Assembly: GCF_001194135.2 (NCBI RefSeq)
Contig: NC_068985.1
Location: forward strand, 100,714,643 to 100,757,807
Length of the DNA: 43,165 bases
Origin: Octopus bimaculoides
Lineage: Eukaryota
Direction: 5' to 3'
The notes below the pieces were generated by a model. The model saw nothing but the letters and a program-made list of their open reading frames with translations, made no database searches and was not told the origin of the DNA. The position numbers were made by a program, and so were the translations under genes. Shown in pieces: positions 26,422 through 37,291 of this stretch; the stretch's first letter is position 1; each line of letters starts with the position of its first letter.

Positions 26422-27438
26422 TATAGACATCATGTAACTATAAGTCTATCACTCTACTAGTACGAGTTGTTCGAGTTCGATAATCAGCTGGTTAACCAAG
26501 TCTGGTTTTCTGTTGAATATTCACTGTCTTGATATCCTTTGAATATACACGAAATGGAATTTCGAGTGAAACACGTATGGTTCTTTTCAGCTCTTAGAAC
26601 TACCATTTGTGAACGACACGTGTGAAAACGCATTCAAGCTGGCGCTATGATTGACTTTCTGCTTTTTGTAGCAATATTATTATAGAAACGTCATAATATC
26701 TCCACAATCGAGTTTAGGAGGCTGTTATTTAAGCGATGTCCGAAGATAATGTTGTTAAGTATTACTTGTAATTAATACTTTAAAATAACTCCATTGATAA
26801 TTTTCCAGACATAGAATTTCGTACGTTAGGTAAAAGTAATTCTGATTGTGAAATTCATAATACCTCTTAGATAACACCTGTTAATAATATTGATTATAAT
26901 ACTGCTAATAATCCTGCCTTAATACCTACTTCAAAGGCGAAGATTAATACAAGTTTCCGTAACCATAAATACCAATTACAAGTAAATAAATGCCTTTGTA
27001 ATTTCAGAAACAATATGATCTGTCCTTTAGAAAGTTATTTTTTAAGAAGAATACAATGTATCCATGTAAGGTCATAATAGGGTTTCATAATTATTAATAC
27101 ACTAGATTTTCTGCTACAATCTGTTAAATATATTACGTAACCATTTTTATTCATTTACGTTTAGAAGAAAACGTAATTCTACCAATCTTAGTAAATGCAT
27201 TATAGATTTAGAAGACAGAGCCATTAACTGTGATTTAAGTAGTTTATTATTAGTTATACAGCATCAAGCAATCCTGCTAATTTTAATTGTGATTTCTCGT
27301 GAGGAAACGTATTGTATAATTCCTTCTTAATTGGTATTATCAAATTCCAAATTATAGAAGTAATATTACGACAAAATATTTTCATATAAATGGAATGACA
27401 TAAAAATATTTTAGCACTAAAAACCCTTAATACTCGTT

Positions 27439-27440
<2 letters not shown>

Positions 27441-27472
<32 letters not shown>

Positions 27473-27620
27473 GGTATGTATGAATGTATGTATTATGTAA
27501 GTATGTGTGTATGTTGTATACATACATATACATACATATACATACATACACACATACAAACATATACATATACATATGCATATATATATATACATACATA
27601 CAAGCATACATATATATACA
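27441..27620. repeat. (TATG)n/(TACA)n/(TA)n compound microsatellite
   Basis: Seen directly; accounts for the overlapping Y/I/H/T-rich ORFs. Confidence 0.9.
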
Positions 27621-28318
27621 CAGTACTTGTTACTGGATGTGCACAGGATGCATCAGTTTGTGGATGACAGTAGCCATAGCTTTCCAAAGTTCCCTGTTAT
27701 TAATGAATTCATGCGAGCAAATATATGTGTTCCAAGCGGACCTTACTGTCGCCACTCAGAATGTTTTACCACGTTTCTGCTTTTCGTAAAACAAAACTTA
27801 GTAGTCCCTAATGGACTACTTTACAGTTTTTTTGTTTCAATGTTTCATTGAATTGCATCAATTTACATTCACTTAATTCAAATCAAACCAGTTGTGTTTG
27901 CTAAATATTCTGCTGAGAACGTTAGGAAATCTAATTGCAAAATTTTAACATGGTCATAATTCTGTAATATTAAAACTATAATCTCTACAAAATATATTGT
28001 TTACGTTTTTGCTTGCCCGCGTTTCCCAAGTGAGCATAATATCTGAAGTAATTTCGTACATATTGACTTCAGATTATATGCAACAGACGTACAACTGCAT
28101 ATAATCTCTGCATCCTTTTTTTCCCTTCACCAGAATATAACACAAATCCAAAGCGGAAATCTTATCTGAAAGTTATAATGGAAATACAAAATAAATGCAT
28201 AACACATAACACATAATGTTCGGGATAGTCATCATTACATGGTCTTACCATAAAAATCAAGGTTGCCTTCACTCTTTGTGAATGCCGTCATACTCATATT
28301 AATAGTATACTTGACACG

Positions 28319-28515
28319 AAGGTGGCGAGGTGGTAGAAATGGTAACAAGCCAGCCAAAATATTTGGTGGCATTTTGCCTATGCATATGTTCTAAGTTCAG
28401 TTTTCGTCGCGGTTCACTTTGCCATTCATTCTTTCAGAATTGATAAGATAGGTACCAGCTGAGAAATGGGCTCGATGTGAGCGGCTTACACTCTTCACCG
28501 AAATTGGTCATGTCT
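28319..28515 (+). mobile_element. Degenerate SINE, family C with its native head
   Basis: aaggtggcgaggtggtagaaatggtaaca...aaaat...gttctaagttca...ttcactttgccattcattcttt...gataagataggtaccag aligns with the 23300-23410 body but has a different 5' head. Confidence 0.65.
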
Positions 28516-28789
28516 TATACCAATATTATCCCAAGAACGGAGGAGTGTTGAAATGATTAGAATATTTATCAAAATGCAGTTCACTGTCTAAATGCAATAT
28601 ACTTTACTCCCGACTTCAAACTTCGTCCACGATTTTTATCCCAATAAATTCAATAACATATTACAAACTATATGATGATGGTGGTCCTCGTAGTTCGAAA
28701 CAAAATGATTCTACAACATCTTGCTTAACAATCTGCAGAAATGATTTAATGATTTCTTTATTGCACTCAAACATTTGTGCCGTACGTTA

Positions 28790-28975
28790 GTTTACCTGCT
28801 CCGTCAAATTGAGGTAGCCTGGACAGCTACCACGTATTGGATGTCGAAGTGATGACAGAGCAACGTGAGAGTTAGTGTTTTTCCCAAGATTACAATGTTT
28901 CACGCGGTTCGGGAGTTAGAATCCAAGATGTCGCGACTGTGATTGCAACAGACCAACTACTAGGGCATGCGTTCA
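28790..28975 (-). mobile_element. Degenerate SINE, family A, inverted
   Basis: Reverse complement reads gcatgccctagtagttgg...ggattctaactccc...ttgtaatcttgggaaaaacact...ctcacgttgctctg, similar to the copies at 5178 and 19003. Confidence 0.55.
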
Positions 28976-29828
28976 CATATTACCCATATAACCGTATATA
29001 ACCACCCCATCCATAATTACACAATTATGATCATATTACAGTTTGCAGTTATATTTCCTAATGTTCACGACAGTATATATAGCAAACCTAACTTTGATTT
29101 GAATTAAGTGGTTGTAAAGTAACTCAACGCAATGTAACATTCAAGAAAATTGGAAGCCAGTCCCGTAGGTTCTTTATAGCACGATCTACTAAATATGTCA
29201 ACCAAATTTTCACTTAAATAGTATTCTACAATATTTAATTGATCAACGGATTACGCAATATATCCCACATACACAAAACCGGAGAGTTAAATGCTGCATC
29301 AACAGTATTAATCATAGATGTGTTAAAAGAGTTTTTAATTGATGCTGAACAGCAACAGCAATAAGAGGTCAGGCAAGTATGTGATACAGGTTAGTGTAAG
29401 ATTAATTTTAAGCCGAAAGAGTTATATAGTCGTAGTGTCCCGAGAGAATCATTATGCAAAAATCACAATCACTGGCTCTATTTCACTTCTTTATTATTCA
29501 TCACTTAATTTGCTATTTAGCCATTAATCATTCGGTTAATCAATCAGACAGATATATTTGTAAAAATTCTTTCATTACTATACTATCTCTACTCTAAATT
29601 AAAACATAGCTAAATTGACTTGGAGGGTAGGATGAATAGCGTTAAAGAGGTTTTAAGCGACGATAAAACGATTAGTTTCCACATTAGCTCGACTTTACGC
29701 GTTTTATAGCTAAATTTGCACGCGTGAGGCACTGGGTCTGGTTGAAGGGGTAGGAAATTGTGAGCTCACTATCTAAGCACCACTCTGTTGATATCCTGCC
29801 CATATATATATATATATATATATATATA

Positions 29829-29926
29829 CCGGAGTAAGCACATGAAATGTGCAACAAGGTGGAAAAAAGAGTACTCAAATACCAGAGGTAGAGTAATATG
29901 CTTTATTTAAAAGCAGCAGAAATATA
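29829..29926. mobile_element. Interspersed repeat terminus running into a gap (possibly PLE-type)
   Basis: ccggagtaagcac...aaggtggaaaaaagagtactcaaataccagaggtagagtaatatgctttatt lies between (TA)n and a gap. Recognised only from memory as a recurrent octopus repeat. Confidence 0.3.
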
Positions 29927-30539
29927 NNNNNNNNNNNNNNNNNNNNNNNNNNNNNNNNNNNNNNNNNNNNNNNNNNNNNNNNNNNNNNNNNNNNNNNNNN
30001 NNNNNNNNNNNNNNNNNNNNNNNNNNNNNNNNNNNNNNNNNNNNNNNNNNNNNNNNNNNNNNNNNNNNNNNNNNNNNNNNNNNNNNNNNNNNNNNNNNNN
30101 NNNNNNNNNNNNNNNNNNNNNTATATGAATGTATATACGCATGTGCGTATGATGTTATGAGTGTGTGTGTGTATATTCACGAGTCAACATCTGTGTATGT
30201 GCGTGTGCATAACACGGTTGCCACTTTACGTGTTGTGACTGCTTTATATTTAATATGTGGCAGAAATATTAAACTTGAGAGTTAAACGATATTTATGAAC
30301 AAATCAGCAAAGTCATTAATAAATAGACAGTGTGGGTATTTGCTGGAAGTTCGGAGTAATGTTCAAGTAATCCTAACTCATCTATTTTATTATTTTTGAT
30401 TCATCTTGTTACGTACGATATATTACGTTTTTTTCTCCATCAACTTCTTTCGAATGAAACAATGAAACCTATGGATATATAATGTAATAACATTTACAAA
30501 TTTAGGCTCAAATTCAATAATTTTTAATGGTCAGGATAT

Positions 30540-30690
30540 ACGTGATACTATCAATTCCTCTACGTTGTTGGCAGCTTAGCGGGAGAGTGAAAGTCAATGC
30601 TTGACTTTGATGTTATATGAACTCACAAATTAAAGAGTTGACGAAATATCGCATGACATTTTGTGTGACACTCTACTGATTATGTTATTA
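30540..30690 (-). mobile_element. Highly degenerate SINE, family C, inverted
   Basis: Reverse complement cacaaaatgtcatgcgatatttcgtc...tgtgagttcat...gtcaagcattgactttcact parallels the family C body. Confidence 0.45.
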
Positions 30691-31213
30691 ATTCGTATCT
30701 CTACATTCTTCATCGCTCCTTAGATATCCCAATTCTCTTCAAGCTCATTATAACGTCTTCCTATTGGGATCTTCAGTCCGCTTGACATGCACTGTTGTGA
30801 GTGTGTCTTGTGCGTATTTCATCTCTTTCAATTAACCACTGTCATTAATACTATCTCCCGCCTCAATTAATCTTTCCCTAGATGCGTTCCTCCCATTTCA
30901 ACTGATCTCGTACTTGTTACAATAATTGCACCCGCTTCTCACTGCAACCACTTCTGTCTTGCATCCTCACTAAAATTTTTATTGCTCATTGCTCGATATT
31001 TCCGTAGCAATAATTCTTATGCCATATAACCAATCAAATCTAATCGAAATCTCTCAGTATAAATATTTATACACTGATACGATTTTTGCCATTCATCCTC
31101 ATATACACCAATTTTTGTCATCGTCTATTTTTAACGGTTTTCATTTATGACACCAACCTCCAACATTCCAGTAACAAATATATCACAATACATATTCAGC
31201 ATGGATAAAATAA

Positions 31214-31214
31214 T

Positions 31215-31273
<59 letters not shown>
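31214..31273. repeat. (AAT)n microsatellite
   Basis: Seen directly. Confidence 0.95.
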
Positions 31274-31275
<2 letters not shown>

Positions 31276-31279
31276 GCAT

Positions 31280-31420
31280 GGATGCAGTACCAGGCAGTGG
31301 CTCTCAATGCCCGGATGCAGTACCAGACAGTGGCTCTCATGGCTTCTGATCTTAATTGATTGGAAGTATTATCATGTTGATTGTTTTGTCTTGGTATAAA
31401 AGAATCACGTCTCATGATAC
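31280..31420 (+). mobile_element. Short interspersed repeat fragment with a duplicated 5' segment
   Basis: ggatgcagtaccag(g/a)cagtggctctca occurs twice (33-bp period) right after (AAT)n, continuing tggcttctgatcttaattgattggaagt. Repeat status is from memory of octopus sequence. Confidence 0.5.
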
Positions 31421-31479
31421 AGATGCTTGGAAAAACTTAGAAAGGGAGGTTATTCTATAATTATTTTCGTGCAAGATAG

Positions 31480-31985
31480 ATCATTAAACTATTTGCCTAT
31501 CGCTACAAGTCCGAGGTCAGACAGAGGAAACACATCTGTAAGCTCACGATGATCACATTTTTAGATAGCAACTGCATCAGTTACACCTACTGAGTATGTT
31601 GTTGAGATTTTAGGGGAGTTTGAGAAGCGATTTCATCGCAAAAGGCTAGACAAGCTGCATCAAGTTATTGAAACCGTCCACAGTTCTATTCTGGTCATCA
31701 ACAACTTGACAGAGATCGTCGTTAAACCTGTTCCTTGCCTGACACAGTCAAGACCTGGTTCGTATAACTTTTGGTGGTTTCCCAAGCAGAAGGAAATGAA
31801 GGTGGCTGTGATTCTAGGCCTAGAGATTTTCCGATTACGGGACACTCATGGGGCATTCGTAGTTTCTAGATCGTTACCACAAGGGCTTTGAAGCCAGAGC
31901 ATCCTACGTTGAAAGAGTTAAGAGTTGTGTACTTCTTTCAAATCAATACATGTTTCCCTGCTGAGATGCACGTTGTACATTTTCA
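31480..31985 (+). mobile_element. Mariner transposase relic (C-terminal two-thirds, internally deleted)
   Basis: KLTMITFLDSNCISY / EYVVEILGEFEKRFHRKR...VHSSILVINNLTEIVVKPVP...GSYNFWWFPK-QKEMKVAV...RDTHGAF / LDRYHKGFEARASYVE. This parallels mariner MxxVFWD, EYY..VL, DLAPCDFWLFPK and RYNKCIExxGxYFE. Confidence 0.75.
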
Positions 31986-33289
31986 AGGTATATATATATA
32001 TATATCCATAAATAGTTGATGTGTAACGTTTTCTACAGTACTAATTGACATAAACGTAAATCTTTAAGTGATAATTAACTAATCTTCCTCACTACTTTAG
32101 TGTTCTTAACTATTAAGCAAGTGTAAGTGATATGTTACTAATGACGCCACAGTTTGATCTATAAACCACTTTAATAAATATACATTAAACATAATACATA
32201 TACGGAAGTACGTGTGAGTAATTCTATAGAGCATTTATTTATTATTTTTCAATTATCTCTTAAATGATGTATTCTACGTTATTTGATTCAAAATTAATTG
32301 GGATTTGAAAAGAAAATAAAATAAAAATAATGACAGATTATTTTAAAAATTGATACAGAAAATACATGAAAAATACAAATTAGTAATAGTTATAACAACC
32401 ACAAACATTTCATAGATATCTCACTTGCTGTCAATCGTGAACAAAATATTTGTTTAGAGATGAAGACAGTTTTAAAGAAATAGTAAACAAATAGAAGCTT
32501 AGACTTAATTCGACAGGAAATTTGCTCAACATTCTATTATGTCACATATAAGCATGAAATATTTGATAATTTTTCACAGGACGTTCAAATTATGTCTTAC
32601 TAGTTGTTTTATTTGTAGGACAACCGACCGAGTTTGACGATGTCTTTTCAGACGTAGATTGCATACAATCATTCACACCTTTCTTAGATGTTGTGTGTGT
32701 GTGGGGGGGGGGTGGAACCTGCAGTTTTATAAGGTCGAATTGAGGTGTGATTATTTTATATACATATATACATGTACGTGTATATGTGAGCCATCACTCA
32801 CATATATACATACACATGCACAAAGACACTAGCCAATATAATCTTGCGTTTGCAAGTATGTATGTATGGATGGATGGATGTATGAATGTATACACGTCAA
32901 TGAAATAATATCTATTTGACTGCTCAATTACGTAAAAAAGGATGCAAAATGTGATACGTTCCCTGCTAGAATAAGTTTCGACATAGTACTACTCAGTCAA
33001 ATATAATCCGAGAATTAATAAGACAAAAGACAATGCATTAATATTTAAAACGTCTTGGACACACAGATGATTGCGTTGAATGGTAAATTTTGCAGTGTAT
33101 TTTAATGTATTTGCTGAACAAATGAATTACATATGAAAATAACACATGAAGGCAGCTTCTCGATATAAACGATGTTTAAATGCAATTTCGCTTTGTCTGC
33201 ACAGTGAATATGGCTCGAACAATTTGTATCATTTCTGTTTTTATCATTTTATTGTTTCAATCATGGAAACGCATAACGTGTTAAAGAGG

Positions 33290-33452
33290 CATACCGCGTT
33301 AAAACGGTTTAGTTGACACATAGCTAATATTTTTTTTTTAAACCTGGCACTTAGTCTGCGGTTCATCTTTGTCTAACCACTTGGTACGGTGGATGTAAAC
33401 AAACTTAGATCCGTTTTCAAGCGGTGGGGAGGACCAAGACAGATTCAAATAT

Positions 33453-33460
<8 letters not shown>
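33290..33460 (-). mobile_element. 3' half of SINE family B, inverted, followed by (CA)n
   Basis: Reverse complement cccaccgcttgaaaac...gtttacatcc...taagtgccaggtttaaaaaaa...actaaacc...gcggt matches 7890-8020. Confidence 0.6.
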
Positions 33461-33483
<23 letters not shown>

Positions 33484-34049
33484 TGCACTTACACATATAC
33501 TCACACATATAAGCTGCTTATTTTAGTTGCTGTCAAACAAAGCAATTCACAATTGCTTGGTCGGCCTTGAGATTGGAGACATTTGCTTTGGGCACCAAGC
33601 ACTGGGTTTGAATCAGAAAACACGTCGTTGTGAAGTAAACTTTTTAGTCAGCAACGCTTCCATCTCAACCGCAGTGATTTTACAATGTCTATACATAACC
33701 ATTATTTCGAACAGTTTCCTTTACTCAATTCTATGCCAATCGCCATCCGTTTTAGCTTTTATATTTTTGTTTCAAGTATTCTGCCCTAATGGAGACATAA
33801 GTTGCTTATTGATTGTATTGATAATTTCAGCTAATGATTGTTGTCCAAATACATTAATTACTTCCACAACCAGAGTCATATCAAGTATGGAGAACACCCG
33901 AGGTATATCCATCCAATTTTTACTTCAAAACAGTGAAAGGAAAATCTACAACTCTACTGTTTAGAATTTTTTTTCCTTTAAAGCGAAGCGAAACATTCCA
34001 TATGTAATTACTTGTAATTATCCAAAATTTTGATCTCCCTTACATAATA

Positions 34050-34178
34050 AGAATAATAATAGTAACAATGATAATAAGAGTAATGATAATAATAATAATA
34101 GTAATAATAATACTAATAATAATAATAAAAAATGGGGATGAAGATCATAGTAATAACAACAACAACACCAACAACAAC

Positions 34179-34252
<74 letters not shown>
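34050..34252. repeat. (AAT)n/(AAC)n compound microsatellite
   Basis: Seen directly. Confidence 0.95.
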
Positions 34253-34255
<3 letters not shown>

Positions 34256-35430
34256 GAGGAATATAGATGAAATGCTAAGAACCATTTTTGTTTTTCGAGA
34301 TAAAACATTTAGAGTTTATAGCAAATTCTTTGTCCTGCCAATTAGTCGTAATAGTTAGAATCATCAAAGATATGCCAGAATTTATAACGAGATCAGCGAT
34401 ATGAAATACGGATCCAATTACGTTTCAATCTGCAATGTTGCTGACACTGCGCAATCCTTCTCATGCAACAATTTTACAATCATTTCTCGCTATATTTGAT
34501 CACGAAAATGGCTGATATTAATCGCGTGACTATTATTCTATAGCTATCACAAAACAAAAAGAAAAGAAATAATAACCCAATTTTTCTGATATTACTTTAG
34601 TATATTTCCCTCAAAAGAATAAATTATTCAACCATATTTATGATAATTTTTTACTTTAATTTTTGCAATTTCTTTAATTTCAGTCACGGAATTTCATTTC
34701 AAATACAAGCGTAACTGATTTCTGAGCTATCGACTTTCGTGTTATTAATCTTACACTTTCATTCCAATATTTGTTTCAATATTTAACGATGGTTACTTGT
34801 TGTTTCCTATTGTATTTTTTAAGGATTTCTGGCTTGTTATTTCCTAATTTGTTTTCCATTTACCTGGAAATATGTTATCAACTTTCAAACGGAAATCTAT
34901 ATTTTTATGCAAAATATATTTCACCATTTTTTTTATAGCAAACATGTGTAAATAATACATCAGATAATGATTTGTAACCTATTTAAATGTTACAAGTGTT
35001 ATATTTAAGCAGAGAAAAGAATTACTGATTAAGCATATTTAACTTATTCATGTTTTTGTGTTTAATATGCCAATTTAATCGACTATAATTTCTCCACTCC
35101 GACAAGAACTGTTGTTTTCTCCTCATAGAAATTACTATTTTCATATAAAACAGAAAAGAAATGAATATGAAACTAGAATTATAGATTTATAGATTATATA
35201 TATAAATTCGTACATAGATAATGGCAGTCGTGAAACGGTAGAAATAGTATTGTTTGGCAATTATATGCTGTTAAATGTTTCTTCATATATCCTGTTCATA
35301 GGTAATTTATTTTGGAGAAAGCTTTGCGTGGAAAAGAAGACAGCGATTCATTGCTCAATGTTTCTCTCTCAGTACTATTTATTTAAAAATTAATCGGAAA
35401 CTGAAGGAAACTGATACGTACCTCGGTATT

Positions 35431-35479
<49 letters not shown>

Positions 35480-35485
<6 letters not shown>

Positions 35486-35760
35486 AAAACAATAACAAAA
35501 GAACAAAAAAACAACAAAGTGAGGACGTGATATGGATAGTATTATTGGACGCTCAAGAAAGGAAAGAGAGAGTGTATGACGTTTCGGGCGTAGCCCTTCG
35601 TCGGAAAGATGGAAAGTTCGGAGAATGGAAGAACGGAGAAAGAGGAAAATGGTACCGATGCCCACGAGGTTACATTAGGAAAAGACCGGAATAGGAGGTG
35701 GTGGGGGAAAAGTTCTTTCTAAGACAGGAGAGTGAAAAAGGGAGATGAATATCTGTGCGT
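35480..35760 (-). mobile_element. PLE-type 3' terminal segment (pyrimidine-rich on the sense strand) with a hammerhead-like motif
   Basis: Minus strand reads ctttccgacgaagggctacgcccgaaacgtc...cttgagcgtccaataatac...cacgtcctcactttgttg ending in (TA)n. It has the same orientation as the PLE ORF 1.5 kb away. Confidence 0.55.
35572..35608 (-). ncRNA. Hammerhead-like motif with variant core
   Basis: CCGACGA-A-GGGC(UAC)GCCC-GAA-ACGU-C. Helix II is perfect, helix III is the ACGU palindrome and the cleavage triplet is GUC. U4 is C and helix I is weak. Confidence 0.45.
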
Positions 35761-36323
35761 GTGCGGAAGTGTGCGAGTGTGTGTGTGATAACAGAACGTG
35801 TGTGTGCGTATGTATGTGTGTGTGTGTGTGTGTGTGTGCGTGTGCATGGTTTGGTGGTTTATCTGTTAGTGTGTTTGTGTGTGTGTGTGTGTGTATGACG
35901 TAGTGGAAGAAATTAGTAGTAGGACTGGTTAGTGGACGCTATAGACAGTGTGGGTAGAAGGTCAACAGGTGGTTATTTGAGTGTGTGTGTCGGGGCTTGT
36001 AGGTGTTGGGTACGCGTACGTGTGTGTGTGTATTTTGTATGTGCGCGTGTGTGTATGTGTATGTTTTCTGTGCGTGCGTGCGTGTGTGTTTGTGTGTATG
36101 TGTATGTTGTGTGTATGTGCTTGCGTTTGTTATTGTATATGCGTGTGTTGTTTATGCCCATGTGTGTGTGATTGTATGCGTATCTGTGTGAGTGTGTAGT
36201 GTTGGTGAGAAGTGTGTGTGTGTATGTGGGTGTGTGCGTGTGTGTGTATGTGTGTGGATGTCCGTGTGTGTGTGGGATTGTGAGTGTTAGGTACGGGTGT
36301 GTGTGTGTGTTTATGTGTCTCTG
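35745..36323. repeat. Complex (GT)n-rich low-complexity tract
   Basis: Degenerate gtgt/gtat/gtgc runs up to the gap. Confidence 0.9.
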
Positions 36324-37291
36324 NNNNNNNNNNNNNNNNNNNNNNNNNNNNNNNNNNNNNNNNNNNNNNNNNNNNNNNNNNNNNNNNNNNNNNNNNNNNN
36401 NNNNNNNNNNNNNNNNNNNNNNNNNNNNNNNNNNNNNNNNNNNNNNNNNNNNNNNNNNNNNNNNNNNNNNNNNNNNNNNNNNNNNNNNNNNNNNNNNNNN
36501 NNNNNNNNNNNNNNNNNNNNNNNNNNNNNNNNNNNNNNNNNNATATATATATATATATATATATATATAGGTATACGTTAGAGGTCTGTAAAAACTCTAA
36601 GGGATGGTTAATTTCAAAGGCGCTCCTGGTGATTACCTACGTAGGTACAGTCTTTGTGAAAAGGAATACGGTGCAGGTAATTCAGCGGGTAAACCGTAGT
36701 TTAAATTATATGCAAAATGAAAATGGAGAAAAATAACAGGAAGAATTTGCTGTAGCAAACCATTAATTTAATTAATTAATAATGAAACGTGATAGTAATA
36801 GTCCATTTACGATCGTTTCTGTTTACCATTTGTAGTAGAAAATATCACAATGCAGAGTCATATGTAGAGGTAAGACGAGTGAAAGAATAGTGATACATTG
36901 GTAACGAGAATTACCACAAAGAATGGTGAGTCTTATATTATAGTAGATTTCATAATTGATAATTCTGCTGCGAAGTAGGATGGAGGTTATTTTGATCTGT
37001 AGTTCCAAGTTTATGTAAGCGGAGACTTTCCAAGAGTTTATTCTGGCTGGAGTTTTCACCGGCGGTGTAAATAAAGGGGGGTTGACTCTAACTCATGGTG
37101 AAAAGAGGGTGAAAAGAGGGTGAGTAAGGAATATATGTGTCTTTGGGACTTAAAGATGTAGGAAGTTCGTGGTAATGGAAGAAGCCCTGTGTAGGTGTAA
37201 AATAATTTATTATGGGGTGTGTAAAGCGAGTGGGCATTGGGAGGTGAATTTTTGCGTGTAATTAGTTTAAGTGGTTCCCGGCTAAATGGGA

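Noticed and set aside
27650-27775. Minus-strand peptide ...WKAMATVIHKLMH resembling a zinc-protease HExxH motif
   Set aside because: The catalytic Glu is Lys, there is no downstream LG/GxxH, and stops flank a frame of only about 40 codons.
33527-33964. 145-aa ORF containing ICFGHQAL, resembling the class I glutamine amidotransferase GICFGHQ elbow
   Set aside because: The Gly before IC is Asp, no other GATase motifs follow, it starts at TTG, and I recognise no fold in the rest. A profile search would settle it.
35932-36736. Cys/Val-rich and His/Thr-rich ORFs (also at 5-202 and 27254-27851)
   Set aside because: Translations of GT/CA and TAYR microsatellites.
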